DNA of 15,423 nucleotides from a virus (Duplodnaviria; Heunggongvirae; Uroviricota; Caudoviricetes): IMG/VR virus record IMGVR_UViG_2698536618_000026, positions 1 to 15,423 of that record; one strand, 5' to 3'. Shown piece by piece: positions 15,078 to 15,423 of this stretch (position 1 is its first letter; each line of letters starts with the position of its first letter). The notes under the pieces were generated by a model. It saw only the letters and a program-made list of their open reading frames with translations, ran no database searches and was not told where the DNA came from. The position numbers and the translations under genes were made by a program.

Positions 15078-15216
15078 TTGTGGTAAATGGGCGGCTGGTG
15101 GGTGTTAGGGGCACTCACCAGCCATCTGCCCATGCGTTGGGGTCACAAGCAAACCTCAGGCCCATCTGCTTTGCGCAAAAGCGGTATGAGCCTATCAGAG
15201 AAGTGCTTATTGATCT

Positions 15217-15423
15217 ATGGCTAATACTGTAAAAATATCCAGTTGTGAGTTAATCAACGCCGACTGCCTGGAATTTATCCGGTCGTTACCCGAAAATTCT
15301 GTTGACCTGATAGTCACGGACCCGCCGTACTTTAAAGTGAAGCCTGAGGGCTGGGATAACCAGTGGAAGGGCGACGATGATTACCTGAAGTGGCTGGACC
15401 AGTGTCTGGCGCAGTTCTGGCGG
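15217..15423 (+). CDS. DNA methyltransferase (N6-adenine/N4-cytosine class, DPPY motif), 5' partial
   Basis: Hand translation gives MANTVKISSCELINADCLEFIRSLPENSVDLIVTDPPYFKVKPEGWDNQWKGDDDYLKWLDQCLAQFW... with the catalytic DPPY motif close to the N-terminus. Runs off the window end, so it is absent from the ORF track. Confidence 0.75.
   Translation, partial: MANTVKISSCELINADCLEFIRSLPENSVDLIVTDPPYFKVKPEGWDNQWKGDDDYLKWLDQCLAQFWR

Noticed and set aside
15076-15216. Possible tRNA gene downstream of Q (common in lambdoid prophages)
   Set aside because: No T-loop (GTTCRA) motif and no cloverleaf with a 7-bp acceptor stem could be drawn; only a single long hairpin is present.
15041-15232. Plus-strand 63-aa ORF between the small late gene and the methyltransferase
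   Set aside because: Starts inside the upstream gene and terminator and spans a long hairpin; no SD; more likely non-coding leader sequence.

Overview
This window reads as the integrase-proximal half of a lambdoid temperate prophage from an enterobacterial host (E. coli/Shigella/Salmonella-like signals). All functional names come from motif recognition by eye; no database search was run. Layout: (1) Left arm, all on the minus strand, 75-6325: tyrosine integrase, Xis-like excisionase, then about 13 tightly packed and often start/stop-overlapping early-left genes (DUF551-like, a PD-(D/E)xK MmcB-like nuclease, Ea22-like, a small membrane protein, wHTH proteins, several unknowns, and a paralogous set of HTH-XRE proteins), apparently driven by a near-consensus leftward promoter at 6379-6407. 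(2) Immunity region: cI-like S24 repressor (6471-7166, minus) with its own intrinsic terminator, and a divergent Cro/YdaS-like gene (7294-7566, plus). (3) Right arm, plus strand: one oppositely oriented 97-aa gene, a Rha-family regulator, a second small Rha-like gene, a replication initiator carrying an iteron array (ori-like), a DnaC-like loader, a DnaB-like helicase, a DUF968-like protein and a Q-type antiterminator followed by a tR'-like terminator, then a small gene, a second terminator and the 5' end of a DNA N6/N4 methyltransferase. I found no rRNA, tRNA, CRISPR array or IS element, and no recognisable exo/bet/gam, recET or N-like gene. The best candidates for something undescribed are the domain-shuffled HTH/'domain X' gene set just downstream of the leftward promoter, the opposite-strand 97-aa gene inside the early-right operon, and the unassigned gene cluster at 3919-5344; none can be given a function from sequence alone.
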